Shown: piece after piece, positions 50,603 to 60,682 of the stretch | Layout of the letters: every line of letters starts with the position of its first letter | Position numbering within the stretch: the first letter of the stretch is position 1 | NCBI GenBank assembly: GCA_943358095.1 | Contig: CALRGT010000001.1 | Coordinates: 82,842-146,841 of the forward strand | Origin: an uncultured Candidatus Saccharimonas sp. | GTDB lineage: Bacteria > Patescibacteriota > Saccharimonadia > Saccharimonadales > AQU-01 | DNA: 64,000 nucleotides | Reading direction: 5' to 3' | Made by a program: the position numbers and the translations under genes | The notes under the pieces: model-generated | Told to the model about the DNA's origin: nothing | The model's input: only the letters and a program-made list of their open reading frames with translations | The model's database searches: none

Positions 50603-51785
50603 TTTTTGAAACTTTCAGGAGTATTTCCGCCAAATCTACTGCAGCATTAGGCATATTAAAACTATGTAGCTTTAAACCTAAATCATGCCTAGAGTTCTTG
50701 TTATCTAATAATTCTTTTACTACGAAGCGCAGCATAGATGGGTCTTTTGCGATTTGGTCCTCTGTGACTAATCTTATAGCCCCAGCGTCCGCTAAAAAAC
50801 TAGCATTCTTGGTTTGATGACCGCCAGTTAAATTAGGATTAGGTACGACAACGCATGCTTTTGACTGAGCTGCCATTTCTGCCATATGAGTAGCCCCTGC
50901 CCTAGAAATAACGACATCTGCGACGGCGCTATAGGCATGGAGTTCGGTCGTAAATCCTAGCACTTTAACTCTGTTTCTTAGCTCACTGGGTAAATTACTG
51001 TCGTAGTATTGCTCTACATCTTTTTCTTGAGTGCTTCCACTTACGTGAACGATGGCTAAATCTGGATATTCTTCTAATAGGTCTCTAGATATAAGCTGCA
51101 CTCCATTGTTTAGTCTTAACGCTCCAAGCCCACCACCTGTGACCAATATAACTTTGTCATACTTATCTAGACCAAGCTTCTTGCGATAACTACTTACGAG
51201 ATCCGCTGATAGCTTGGTGTAAAGCGCCGTAATCGGTACGCCAACGTATTTAATCTTTTCCTTGGGATATTTGTACAACTCAGCTGGCATAGCAACTGCG
51301 TGCACGCTTGCCCATTTTGCTATTAAACGATTAGCCAACCCTGGGATCGCATCAGAATCATGGGTCACATACGGTATATGCTTCATGGCGGCGGCTAGAC
51401 CTACTGGCAACCCAACGAATCCTCCTTTTATAAAAACAGCATCTGGTTTGATTTTAGCCAACAGGCTCATGCTCTGAACAAAACCCACCTTAACCTTAAT
51501 CATATCTCTAGCGTTTTTAAATGTAGTTGGCGCGTCTAGTAATTGCTTAATGCCCTCGCCGTGATAACGACGGAATTTGCCTGCGCTAATACTATATACT
51601 TTGTCTATAAAAGGAGAGCTTGCTGGCAGGTCTGCGAACTTGTCACCTTTTTGCCCAATATAAATCAACTTTATGTTCGGCTCGATCTTTTTTAATTGTT
51701 CAGCGACTGCCAGAATTGGGGTGATATGCCCCCCTGAGCCGCCGCCGACTAAAACTATCGTCATTGCGATTTCCTTCCGAGTCAT
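50592..51785 (-). CDS. murG: MurG GlcNAc transferase
   Basis: GGGSGGHI.P, KGGFV, HDSD..PGLANR, SRAGA, HQ.KNA. Confidence 0.95.
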   Translation of the reverse strand: MTRKEIAMTIVLVGGGSGGHITPILAVAEQLKKIEPNIKLIYIGQKGDKFADLPASSPFIDKVYSISAGKFRRYHGEGIKQLLDAPTTFKNARDMIKVKVGFVQSMSLLAKIKPDAVFIKGGFVGLPVGLAAAMKHIPYVTHDSDAIPGLANRLIAKWASVHAVAMPAELYKYPKEKIKYVGVPITALYTKLSADLVSSYRKKLGLDKYDKVILVTGGGLGALRLNNGVQLISRDLLEEYPDLAIVHVSGSTQEKDVEQYYDSNLPSELRNRVKVLGFTTELHAYSAVADVVISRAGATHMAEMAAQSKACVVVPNPNLTGGHQTKNASFLADAGAIRLVTEDQIAKDPSMLRFVVKELLDNKNSRHDLGLKLHSFNMPNAAVDLAEILLKVSKNEI

Positions 51786-52941
51786 TATTGGTGATTAAGC
51801 CATATGTAGTATAGCGCGAAACTTGAAAGGCTATGCCTATTGCGGCGCTAACAAATATAATACTTGTCCCACCTGAACTGATAAAAGGCAGCGTTATACC
51901 TTTTAGCGGCAACAAACCTATCATCGCACCGATGTTTATTATTGTTTGTGTGCTAAGCCAAGCTAGAATCCCTGTAACTAGGAATCTACTGTATGTGTCC
52001 GTCGAATGTTCGATAATCTTTTTCAGCCTGCTAAAGAATGCAACAAAAAGTGCTATAAGTACCGTCGTGCCGACAAAGCCAAACTTCTCAGCAAATATAG
52101 CAAAAATTGAATCATTGGCAGCCTCTGGCAAATAACCATAGGCCTGAACGCTACGACCAAGACCCAATCCAAACATTCCGCCCGAACCTACAGATATTAA
52201 GGCTTGGCATGCTTGATAGCCAGTAGTTAGGCAATCCTGGTTTGGATTAAGATATGTATTGAGCCTTTCTCTTCTATACCCCGATCCTAGCACCAATACA
52301 ACCACCGCCACACCAACGACTCCTGCGATAACGGCTAATTTCTTAAGAGGTAGCCCGGCTACATATATCATTGTTCCCATTATCGCTATAATTACGCCTG
52401 TAGAACCTAGGTCGCTCTGCACTTTACCCACTACGATCGCTACCAATACGAGAGCAATAATTAGTGGTTTAAATGATTTTTGATAGTCATTAATTTCACC
52501 TGTTCTAATTCTGTCTGAAAGGAACCCTGCAATCCAAATAAGTAAAGCAAACTTAATTAGCTCTGCAGCCTGGAATGATATTCCGCCAACTTGTATCCAT
52601 CTATAGGCACCATTTACTCTTTCACCGATAACTCTAACGGCTAAAGACGCAATACCGGCCGTAATGATCAAAGGCCTTTCAATGTGCCTCCAGGTCTGAA
52701 TAGACATATTGGAAACAACTATAAAAGTGAACACGCCTAAAGCTATAGCTATCAATTGTTTACTGACATAGTAGTTTTCGGTAACGTGTTTTTGAACGCT
52801 TAATCCGGGACTTATGGCGTAGACAACAATTAGTCCAATCATCATTAAAACTATTGAAATAACTAAAAGCCAATAATCTGGATGATGTTTTCGTCTTTTT
52901 GCCTCACCAGAAGCTAATATTGGTCGGCGGCGAGGCCTCAT
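51700..52941 (-). CDS. ftsW: SEDS peptidoglycan glycosyltransferase FtsW
   Basis: NGAYRWI, GSGG.FG.GLG.S, YLPEAANDSIF, GITLPFISSGG. Confidence 0.93.
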   Translation of the reverse strand: MRPRRRPILASGEAKRRKHHPDYWLLVISIVLMMIGLIVVYAISPGLSVQKHVTENYYVSKQLIAIALGVFTFIVVSNMSIQTWRHIERPLIITAGIASLAVRVIGERVNGAYRWIQVGGISFQAAELIKFALLIWIAGFLSDRIRTGEINDYQKSFKPLIIALVLVAIVVGKVQSDLGSTGVIIAIMGTMIYVAGLPLKKLAVIAGVVGVAVVVLVLGSGYRRERLNTYLNPNQDCLTTGYQACQALISVGSGGMFGLGLGRSVQAYGYLPEAANDSIFAIFAEKFGFVGTTVLIALFVAFFSRLKKIIEHSTDTYSRFLVTGILAWLSTQTIINIGAMIGLLPLKGITLPFISSGGTSIIFVSAAIGIAFQVSRYTTYGLITNNDSEGNRNDDSFSRRRLRGAYHPNSGSR

Positions 52942-52943
52942 TA

Positions 52944-53993
52944 TTATATATACCTACCAATTATGAAGGCGGCTAAGCCTGCAACGGCAGCAACTTGTCC
53001 TATGACCCAAAATCTCATAGTAACCTTGGTTTCAGGCCATCCAGATGCCTCAAAATGATGATGTATTGGCGATATCTTAAATATTTTTTTGCCATTTCGT
53101 AATTTTTTCGATGCTACCTGTAAAATAACTGATCCTGCTTCTCCCACGAACACTATTCCAATAATTGGAAGTATTAGGGCTGTATCTGTTAATAAGGCCA
53201 CTACACCCAGGGCAGTTCCTAGTGCAAACGAACCTACGTCACCCATGAAGAAGCGGGCTGGATATATATTAAACCAGGTATACGACAACAAAGATCCTAC
53301 TATAGTCATACAAAATGCCGCGATACCGTATCTACCCTCTAGAAATGCGATTACAGTATAGGCGGAGAATGCGTTAACTGTTAAGCCGCCTGCTAGTCCA
53401 TCTAAGCCGTCAGATATATTTACGGCATTGGCTGTAGCAACAACTACTAAAACAAATAGTGGCACAATTAACCACCCGATAAATAGTTCAGCCGAGACAA
53501 ATGGTACGTGAATGGAGTCGACTCCTAATTTTACATAGAACCACAGCCCGCCTACTAATGCTATTGCTGTGATGAATCCTAGTTTAATTTTAGACGGCAA
53601 ACCAGCTACACCCTGTCCAGTTCCACGAATATTAATAAAATCGTCAATCAAACCTACGAGTCCTGCTCCTACAAATGCAGCTAAAGGCAGCCAAGTCTCT
53701 GATCTGCTCAAGTTCGTAACGACCGTAATAATCGTAACTGTAACTACAAAGATAATTCCCGCCATAGTAGGGATATTTCTCTTGTGCTTTTCGGCATGAA
53801 GACTATTAAAAACTTTGGCTACTTCACCAGTTATAGTGTTTTGACGCGCCTTCTTCCACCACTGTCGCTTATAAGCTAAGTTAGTGTAGAGCGGAGTTAA
53901 TAACATGCTCAGCGAAAATCCGAGACTTCCGAGAAGTAATATGCGTATTACAGATCCAGTATCAACAGCAAGTATCAGAGTTTGTGTATTCAT
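52944..53993 (-). CDS. mraY: Phospho-MurNAc-pentapeptide transferase
   Basis: PTMAG, NAVNISDGLDGL, FMGDVGS, PIHHHFE. Confidence 0.96.
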   Translation of the reverse strand: MNTQTLILAVDTGSVIRILLLGSLGFSLSMLLTPLYTNLAYKRQWWKKARQNTITGEVAKVFNSLHAEKHKRNIPTMAGIIFVVTVTIITVVTNLSRSETWLPLAAFVGAGLVGLIDDFINIRGTGQGVAGLPSKIKLGFITAIALVGGLWFYVKLGVDSIHVPFVSAELFIGWLIVPLFVLVVVATANAVNISDGLDGLAGGLTVNAFSAYTVIAFLEGRYGIAAFCMTIVGSLLSYTWFNIYPARFFMGDVGSFALGTALGVVALLTDTALILPIIGIVFVGEAGSVILQVASKKLRNGKKIFKISPIHHHFEASGWPETKVTMRFWVIGQVAAVAGLAAFIIGRYI

Positions 53994-54033
53994 TTTATGC
54001 CTTTATATTTGTTTATACTTACCATTATATAAC

Positions 54034-55812
54034 CTATTGCCCTTTTGGTGTTACGCCAAAATTATCAATTAACATATTTGTTACATTGGAGAATATTGGG
54101 GCGGCAGCACGGGCACCAGCATAACCAGATATTTTTGGCTCATTAACACGCACTACTATAACGTACTGAGGCTTGTCCCCTCCAACAAATCCCGTAAACA
54201 TACCATTGAATTTATCGTCATAATAGCCACCTTCGGGCTTATGAATTTGTGCAGTACCAGTTTTTCCTCCAACGCCGTATTGAGTTCTTAGCACTGGCAT
54301 GCCATAAATATTGTGGTTTTTCTCGACCGTGTATTCCATTAGGTTCTGGATGATTCTTGATACTTCTGGCTTGACTACATCAGACCTAATCTTTTCTGAT
54401 TTCTTTGCTGTGAATACACCCGCTCCATCTGTTAAACCATCAACCAACCTTGGCTTATAATAACTGCCACCATTTAACACACTTGATATTGCAGCTGCTA
54501 ATTGCAAAGGAGTCATGGTAACTCCTTGCCCAAAAGCCGTGTTAGCATATTGAAGATTAAGACCAAAACCTTTAATTGGATCGGGCACCACTCCTTCAGA
54601 CTCGTAACCCTGCTCTATGCCCGTCAACCTGCCAAAACGATAATGATCAGCCATATAATCATGCCAAACAGTACGTGCCTTGATATTGATTTCTCCTCCG
54701 CCCATTTGCATTAACAACCAAGTAGCTCCTGTGTTTAGTGACAACTGGAGGATATCCGAAACGCTTCTTACTCCAGCCCCACCATCCTCTTCTATATTAG
54801 TAATCTTATAACCGTCAATATTGTAAAAACTTGGGTCATTGTATGTTGAATCTTTGCTTACTACCCCTTTGTCTAGTGCAGCAGCGGCAGTTAGCACCTT
54901 CATAACCGACCCAACCTCTAAAGGCGAGCTTACAGAATCGTTATTAAAAACGTTACCATCCTCAACCTTAAAGTATTCTGCAGGATTATAGGACGGAAAA
55001 TTTGCCATAGCTTTTATTGCACCATTATTCGGATCCATGACTATCACACTTCCAGACTTAGATTTAGCAGCATCTAATCCTGCTTTAAGTATATCCTCAA
55101 CTTGTTTTTGCATAGAAATATCCAGTGTCAGCAGTACTCTTTTACCTATTTTTGGCTCGGTAATAATATTGTCAGTATTTGTAACTAACGGCACTCCCTG
55201 AGCGTCAGTAATCGCCTTTAGCTCTCCTGGCACTCCCTTAAGATCATTTCCAAGAGCCTGCTCTATTCCATACTTGCCCTCACCATCTTCATTTACAAAT
55301 CCTAATAATTGGGCGGCTAGCTGTCCCTGAGGATATGTCCTATAAGACTCATCCCTTAGACCGATACCTTTATAATCAAGTTTAGATATTTTATCCTTTT
55401 GTTCTTTAGATAACTTTTTGGCTAATACTGAATACCTAGTCTTAAGCTTCATCTTCGTAACATAATCGTTAGCATTGCCTCCGATGATTTGCTGCAGTGC
55501 TATTCCTACCGAGTCGTGATTTGTAATAAATTTTGGATCTGCAAATAATGTAAATTTTGTCTCATTGAGCACTATGGGAATAGTATTTTTGCCTTCATGA
55601 GCAGAAATTATGCCTCTTTCAGCCTTAATCTCGTATTCCTTAAGTTGACCCTGTAAAGCTACCTTTTTATAATAGTCGTGTTTGATAATTTGTAGAAAGA
55701 AAAGCCTGATTATAAATACACCCATCACTAGCAGCAGAACGGCATACCAAAAACGAATACGTATAGTCGTAGACCTTATGTCGCTAGATATTTGCTTATG
55801 AGGTAACCGCAT
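54034..55812 (-). CDS. ftsI: Class B penicillin-binding protein (FtsI-like)
   Basis: RG.I, R.YPQG, GIE; SVMK, SLN, KTGTAQ. Confidence 0.93.
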   Translation of the reverse strand: MRLPHKQISSDIRSTTIRIRFWYAVLLLVMGVFIIRLFFLQIIKHDYYKKVALQGQLKEYEIKAERGIISAHEGKNTIPIVLNETKFTLFADPKFITNHDSVGIALQQIIGGNANDYVTKMKLKTRYSVLAKKLSKEQKDKISKLDYKGIGLRDESYRTYPQGQLAAQLLGFVNEDGEGKYGIEQALGNDLKGVPGELKAITDAQGVPLVTNTDNIITEPKIGKRVLLTLDISMQKQVEDILKAGLDAAKSKSGSVIVMDPNNGAIKAMANFPSYNPAEYFKVEDGNVFNNDSVSSPLEVGSVMKVLTAAAALDKGVVSKDSTYNDPSFYNIDGYKITNIEEDGGAGVRSVSDILQLSLNTGATWLLMQMGGGEINIKARTVWHDYMADHYRFGRLTGIEQGYESEGVVPDPIKGFGLNLQYANTAFGQGVTMTPLQLAAAISSVLNGGSYYKPRLVDGLTDGAGVFTAKKSEKIRSDVVKPEVSRIIQNLMEYTVEKNHNIYGMPVLRTQYGVGGKTGTAQIHKPEGGYYDDKFNGMFTGFVGGDKPQYVIVVRVNEPKISGYAGARAAAPIFSNVTNMLIDNFGVTPKGQ

Positions 55813-55827
55813 TAGTTATATTATAGA

Positions 55828-56175
55828 CTAGTTCGTGAGTGTTGCTGAAGGAGCTACAGATACTAAACTTGAAGCAACAGTACTGTTCTTGACTCGATCT
55901 AGAGCCTGCAATCTTGCTGAGGCTACTTCGAGTTGATCATGCTCTTGAGCTAATTTAGTCTGCTGTTCTCGTAAAAAATTAATTCTGTAACCGTATGTAT
56001 TTGCTTTTGTAACTTGTGTGAGATAAAGCAGCCCAAGCACACACATTAGAACTACTAGGATAATTGTGTTACTTATAGGACCCAACTTACTACGAGTGTT
56101 TTTATAACTTGTTGAATTCTGATTTCGCGGTGTAAATTGACGGCGACCTACTGCTAAAGAACTTGAATATGTCAT
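55828..56175 (-). CDS. ftsL: FtsL-like cell division protein
   Basis: Single TM plus coiled coil; position between rsmH and ftsI. Confidence 0.7.
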   Translation of the reverse strand: MTYSSSLAVGRRQFTPRNQNSTSYKNTRSKLGPISNTIILVVLMCVLGLLYLTQVTKANTYGYRINFLREQQTKLAQEHDQLEVASARLQALDRVKNSTVASSLVSVAPSATLTN

Positions 56176-56335
56176 ATTTTTGTTTTTGTTTCTTTTTATT
56201 TTTGATGACTAAGACCTAGTGCTAGCTATTTTTGCAAGCACTAGGTCGTTATCTGTGAACTAAAGTACTCTTACGTGTACTTTAAAGGCACGGGAAGCAT
56301 TTTTAACCTGGATTGGCATAATACTCTTCCTTTCT

Positions 56336-57265
56336 TTATTTTGTTTTTATTTTAAATACGGCTCGAAGTTTTGCACTTCTTGCTCGTGGATTGGAAACTA
56401 TTTCATCTGGATCACCCACAACAGGTTTTTTGGTAAGTATTTTGATGATCGCATCGTATGTGTCGCTGCCGTATTCGGCAAACGCATTTTTGACTAGCCT
56501 GTCTTCTAAGCTATGGAAGCTTATTATTGCAAGCCGTCCACCGGGTTTAAGCAATTGTATCCATAATGGTATCGCCTGCTCAATTTGTCTAAGCTCATCG
56601 TTAACTTCAATACGTAACGCCTGAAAGACTCTTGTTGCTGGATGTACTTTGCTCTTACTGGGACCTGCGCTTGCGATTACAGCGGCTAAATCTTTTGTTG
56701 TATGCAGAGGTCTATTTTGAACTATATGACGTGCAATTTTGAAAGCTTTTGGTTCTTCACCGTATTGCAATATAACCTTTGCTAAATCTGACTGACTATA
56801 GCTATTAACTATCATGTCTGCTGTCAGCTTTTGACTCTGATTCATTCGCATATCCAGTGGACCATTATTATTAATGGAAAAACCTCGGCTAGCAATGTTA
56901 AGGTGCGGTGACGATACCCCTAAGTCTGCAAGTATTAAGTCAAAACTTTGATTTTGATCTATTAATTCTTTTGTAGAACCTAGAAAGTCGCCGTGACTTA
57001 ATGTCACATTATCGCTCTTAAATTTGTCCTGCAGATAATTTATCGCATTGATGTCGCGATCTACTAATACTGCCGGTCCATTTAATGTGCGTCCAAGTAT
57101 TTGCTCGGCATGTCCGCCGTATCCTGCCGTTAAGTCCAGATAATTATCTCCTGGCTTTGGGTCTAGATACTGAAGAACTTGCTCCATCAATACTGGAATG
57201 TGTTCGCCTGACTCCCCTAAAGGTTCGTCAGTGGTGTTTTGTTTTTTTGGTGTACTTTTTTGCAT
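56336..57265 (-). CDS. rsmH: 16S rRNA m4C1402 methyltransferase
   Basis: HIPVL, D.TAGYGGH, DLGVSS, LDMRM, ISFHSLEDR, NPRARSAKLR. Confidence 0.97.
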   Translation of the reverse strand: MQKSTPKKQNTTDEPLGESGEHIPVLMEQVLQYLDPKPGDNYLDLTAGYGGHAEQILGRTLNGPAVLVDRDINAINYLQDKFKSDNVTLSHGDFLGSTKELIDQNQSFDLILADLGVSSPHLNIASRGFSINNNGPLDMRMNQSQKLTADMIVNSYSQSDLAKVILQYGEEPKAFKIARHIVQNRPLHTTKDLAAVIASAGPSKSKVHPATRVFQALRIEVNDELRQIEQAIPLWIQLLKPGGRLAIISFHSLEDRLVKNAFAEYGSDTYDAIIKILTKKPVVGDPDEIVSNPRARSAKLRAVFKIKTK

Positions 57266-57615
57266 ATATTTATTTTAGTTTTTATTTTAGCAAGGTCACC
57301 TAATCAGCAGCCAACTTTTTTGTTTTTTTGTAGTTTTTGTTTTTGTTGTTATGATCTTTGCCTTGTATGTAAGAGACGTCTTGCGGGTATTACCCCTTAA
57401 GATTTCCTTTACTGGTAAAGATCAAAAGTTTGAGAGACTTGTGTGAGGTGGAGTTTTGGGAGGTGTTTTTTTGAGTAAGGTGCGAAGGTTTTTATAGTGG
57501 TTCCTTTTTATTCCCACTTGTTGACTGCCAAATAGCTAACCTTGGAGGTAGATATTTAATGATTGATCTTGTAACTTTTTAATAAATTGTTAAGGAACTG
57601 GCCTGGACCGATTAT

Positions 57616-57981
57616 TTATTTTTCGGATGCCATTATTCGCCAATACTTACCAACACCAACTGCTACGACATCTCGGTCGATGCCTGCGTAATCCAAAAGA
57701 TGTTGTTCGATTGTGATGCGACCCTGCTTGCCGTCTAGAACTGTTTCTACTTTACCCATTCGGAATTGAACATTTAAGTCGGCGATTCTCTCGTCAAGGA
57801 TGTCTCCTTCGAGCTTCGGCTCAACTTGTGCATTCCATACCAATTTTGGATAAAGGTGCAGGTATTTTCCGAAACCTCTGGTCATTACCGCTCCGTCCGC
57901 AAATACAGCTCTTAATTCTGCTGGAATCGTTAAACGCCTTTTGTCGTCTAACTTGCGTTCAAAGTAATCGGTGATTGCCAT
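57616..57981 (-). CDS. mraZ: Transcriptional regulator MraZ
   Basis: LDDKRRLTIP..LR and LDGKQGRITI tandem motifs; head of the dcw cluster. Confidence 0.9.
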   Translation of the reverse strand: MAITDYFERKLDDKRRLTIPAELRAVFADGAVMTRGFGKYLHLYPKLVWNAQVEPKLEGDILDERIADLNVQFRMGKVETVLDGKQGRITIEQHLLDYAGIDRDVVAVGVGKYWRIMASEK

Positions 57982-58056
57982 TGGTCCCTTTTCTCCGCGA
58001 ACTAGTGGTTTTTATATTTTTGTTTTAGGTAGCTTGTTTTTGTCTACCTACGATTA

Positions 58057-58097
58057 CCCACTGACATGAATATACTACCCACGCTCACCCACTACAA
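58057..58097 (-). promoter_or_regulatory. mraZ promoter with MraZ-type GTGGG repeats
   Basis: Minus-strand GTGGG at 58088-58092, 58078-58082 and 58057-58061; TTGTAG-17-TATATT. Confidence 0.7.
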
Positions 58098-58134
58098 GTA
58101 CTTTATTCACTATTTCTACCCATTATTCATAAAG

Positions 58135-58160
58135 TTATCCACAGAAGCTGTTTATCCACA
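58135..58160 (+). promoter_or_regulatory. Two consensus DnaA boxes
   Basis: TTATCCACA at 58135-58143 and 58152-58160. Confidence 0.7.
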
Positions 58161-58288
58161 GAAAAACACTACATATGGTGTACACTACTCATCCCTATTA
58201 CGCTAACGCTAAATTCATTTTAAAAGAATATTTAATGAAAATATTCTTGGTAATACTGCGAATTATAAAAAGAAATAACAGACGAAAA

Positions 58289-59290
58289 CTATAGCTGGCA
58301 AATACGAACTAATTCACGAGCCAAAATGTCATTATTGTGACGAATTAGACTGCGGCTATGTCCAATTGGATCTGCATTTTTAATTTCCTCAGATATTAAG
58401 GTGGTAGCAATCAATGGCAGCCCTATTGCCTTGTATTTTTGATGTGATAATTTTTCAAGATCGAATTCCACCATGAACTCGCCTTCGTTAGAGTATTTTC
58501 TGAGCATTGCCGGCGTAGGTTCGTCTGTATTATAGATAACATAATCAACTACTTGCGCTCCGATGAATCTTTCAATCTCTGATACGTAATCGTGTACAAA
58601 AAAATCATCTGTTTGTAGTGGCTTAGTTACTAAGTTACAGACGTAAATAATAGTAGCTTTTGTATCTGTTAAAGCTTTGCTGACCCCGTCTACTATAAGT
58701 GCTGGAGCAAGACTTCCATATAAGTTTCCTGGAGCAATTACCACCACATCGGCTTCAAGAATAGTCTGCTCTGCAGCAAGAGTAATTTTTGCCTTGGGTT
58801 CAAGCACAATTTTAGGGCGTCTAATTTTGCCAAAATCCATCTGCCCAATCTTAAACTCTCCTTTAGTCTTGGTGCCGTTTTCGTCGTAAATAACTAGATG
58901 GCTCTTGTCTGTAGTTATCGGCAATACCGTACCTTGAATACGTAAAACTTTGCTAGCTAAGTCGATAGAATCTTGGAAATTATTTGTCATTTTTTCTACG
59001 GCACTTAAAAATAGATTTCCAAAACTATGACCTTTAAGTGTCCCCTCGTCGAATCTGTAATTGAACAACTCTCTAAGTTGGGATGCGTCACTTAAAGCGA
59101 CTAAACATTGTCTTATGTCTCCTGGTGGCAATACACCAAGTTCGTCTCTTAGCAAACCACTAGACCCGCCATCGTCCGCCATATTTACTAAGGCGGTAAT
59201 ATTATTGGCATACTGCTTCAAACCACTTAGCAGCGTAAAGCTGCCAGTTCCGCCGCCAATTACTACAATTTTCTGATCAATCTTGTTCAT
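58289..59290 (-). CDS. YvcK/GlmR (UPF0052) family protein
   Basis: IGGGTG, ADDGGSSG.LR, PPGDIRQCL.AL, GHSFGNL. Confidence 0.93.
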   Translation of the reverse strand: MNKIDQKIVVIGGGTGSFTLLSGLKQYANNITALVNMADDGGSSGLLRDELGVLPPGDIRQCLVALSDASQLRELFNYRFDEGTLKGHSFGNLFLSAVEKMTNNFQDSIDLASKVLRIQGTVLPITTDKSHLVIYDENGTKTKGEFKIGQMDFGKIRRPKIVLEPKAKITLAAEQTILEADVVVIAPGNLYGSLAPALIVDGVSKALTDTKATIIYVCNLVTKPLQTDDFFVHDYVSEIERFIGAQVVDYVIYNTDEPTPAMLRKYSNEGEFMVEFDLEKLSHQKYKAIGLPLIATTLISEEIKNADPIGHSRSLIRHNNDILARELVRICQL

Positions 59291-59345
59291 ATCAAACTTA
59301 ATATTAACCGAGGTTCAATCTAATATCAAAGAGTTATTGACTTGT

Positions 59346-60626
59346 TTAGCTTTTCTTTATTATCAAACCGGCATACCATAAGGCGCTACTTCGCAAAGTT
59401 CGCTTCATAGAATTATGCCTATCAACTGAGATTAGACCAAATTTTGGCCACCAACCGTATGCCCATTCAAAGTTATCTAACAGGCTCCAGTGGAAATAAC
59501 CATGTATCTCTACTCCTTCGCTTATTGCTCGCTCCATAGCCATAATAGTTTCTGAGATCCACCACTGTCGGTATATATCGTTCTGATCAGCAGTACCGTT
59601 TTCGGTTATGATAATCGGCGTTTTATACCTAGCCCACACTCTTAATAGTAGCGGATATATTCCTTCAGGCTCCATATACCAACCCATGTCGTTTTTTGGC
59701 GTTTTTGGATTAACGCGGCTAAAACCCTTGTAGTAATCCGTGAAATAATAATTAAAACCTATGAAATCTTGGTACCCATTAATACGATGCAAGAACCACC
59801 AATTCCAGACGTATCTCATAATTTTCGTAACCATTGAATCCAAAATGTTATGCGGGCGCTTGGCTTGAATGTTGGCTAGCTGGGCAGCGATACCAATTTG
59901 TAATTTAGGTTTTTTAGCTTTAAGTATTCTGTATGCTTGTTTGTGAGCTGAGGCAAGATTCCAATATACTCTAGCCATTGCAATAAAGTTCTTTTCTTGC
60001 GGTGGAAATTCTGCGTTTAGATAACTAAAGCTGGCATAAACATTCGGCTCATTTAAAGTAATCACGTATTCTACGCCATCGAGTAATTCGTCGGCCACCT
60101 TCTGAACAAAATTGCGCCAATGTGATAAATTATTTCTGTTTTTGAACCCGCCTTTTTCGCAAAACCAAACTGGAAGCGTCCAATGCCAAATATTCAACAT
60201 TGGCTTAAGTCCTCGCTTCTTCATTTCTAATATATATTGCTTATAATGATTTATCTCTGTCTGATTCCACTCACCCTCATTTGGTTCAATTCTTGACCAC
60301 TCTATTCCGAATCTAAGCGAATTAAGATTGATACTCTTAGCAATATCAAAATCTTCTTGGTATCTACTATAGTGCTCCACTCCCCTTCCCGACACATAGT
60401 TACTGGGTTCGGTGGCTTTGGTTTTTATTGTTTCCCACTCCGGTAACCAACCAAGTCTTCTGTGAGCGGTGCTAGCTAAATGCTTTGCGTTTTCTAATTC
60501 CCAGACCGTCCATTGATTATAATTATTACCCTCAACTTGATGACTAGCAGTGCTAGCGCCCCACATAAAGTCTTTCGGAAAATAACTCGGTTTTTTAGAA
60601 TCCATTAGCATTATTGTATATGACAT
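59346..60626 (-). CDS. Glycoside hydrolase family 1
   Basis: FPKDFMWGASTASHQVEG, TLNEP, ITENG, WSLLDNFEW. Confidence 0.95.
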   Translation of the reverse strand: MSYTIMLMDSKKPSYFPKDFMWGASTASHQVEGNNYNQWTVWELENAKHLASTAHRRLGWLPEWETIKTKATEPSNYVSGRGVEHYSRYQEDFDIAKSINLNSLRFGIEWSRIEPNEGEWNQTEINHYKQYILEMKKRGLKPMLNIWHWTLPVWFCEKGGFKNRNNLSHWRNFVQKVADELLDGVEYVITLNEPNVYASFSYLNAEFPPQEKNFIAMARVYWNLASAHKQAYRILKAKKPKLQIGIAAQLANIQAKRPHNILDSMVTKIMRYVWNWWFLHRINGYQDFIGFNYYFTDYYKGFSRVNPKTPKNDMGWYMEPEGIYPLLLRVWARYKTPIIITENGTADQNDIYRQWWISETIMAMERAISEGVEIHGYFHWSLLDNFEWAYGWWPKFGLISVDRHNSMKRTLRSSALWYAGLIIKKS

Positions 60627-60682
60627 CTACGGCGAGCGATACCCTAGCCGCAAAATAATGTCGCGCAACATCTACGCCGCAG

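Noticed and set aside
58135..58260. oriC
   Set aside because: Only two DnaA boxes, no dnaA nearby, and genes converge toward a dif-like site at 49.19 kb
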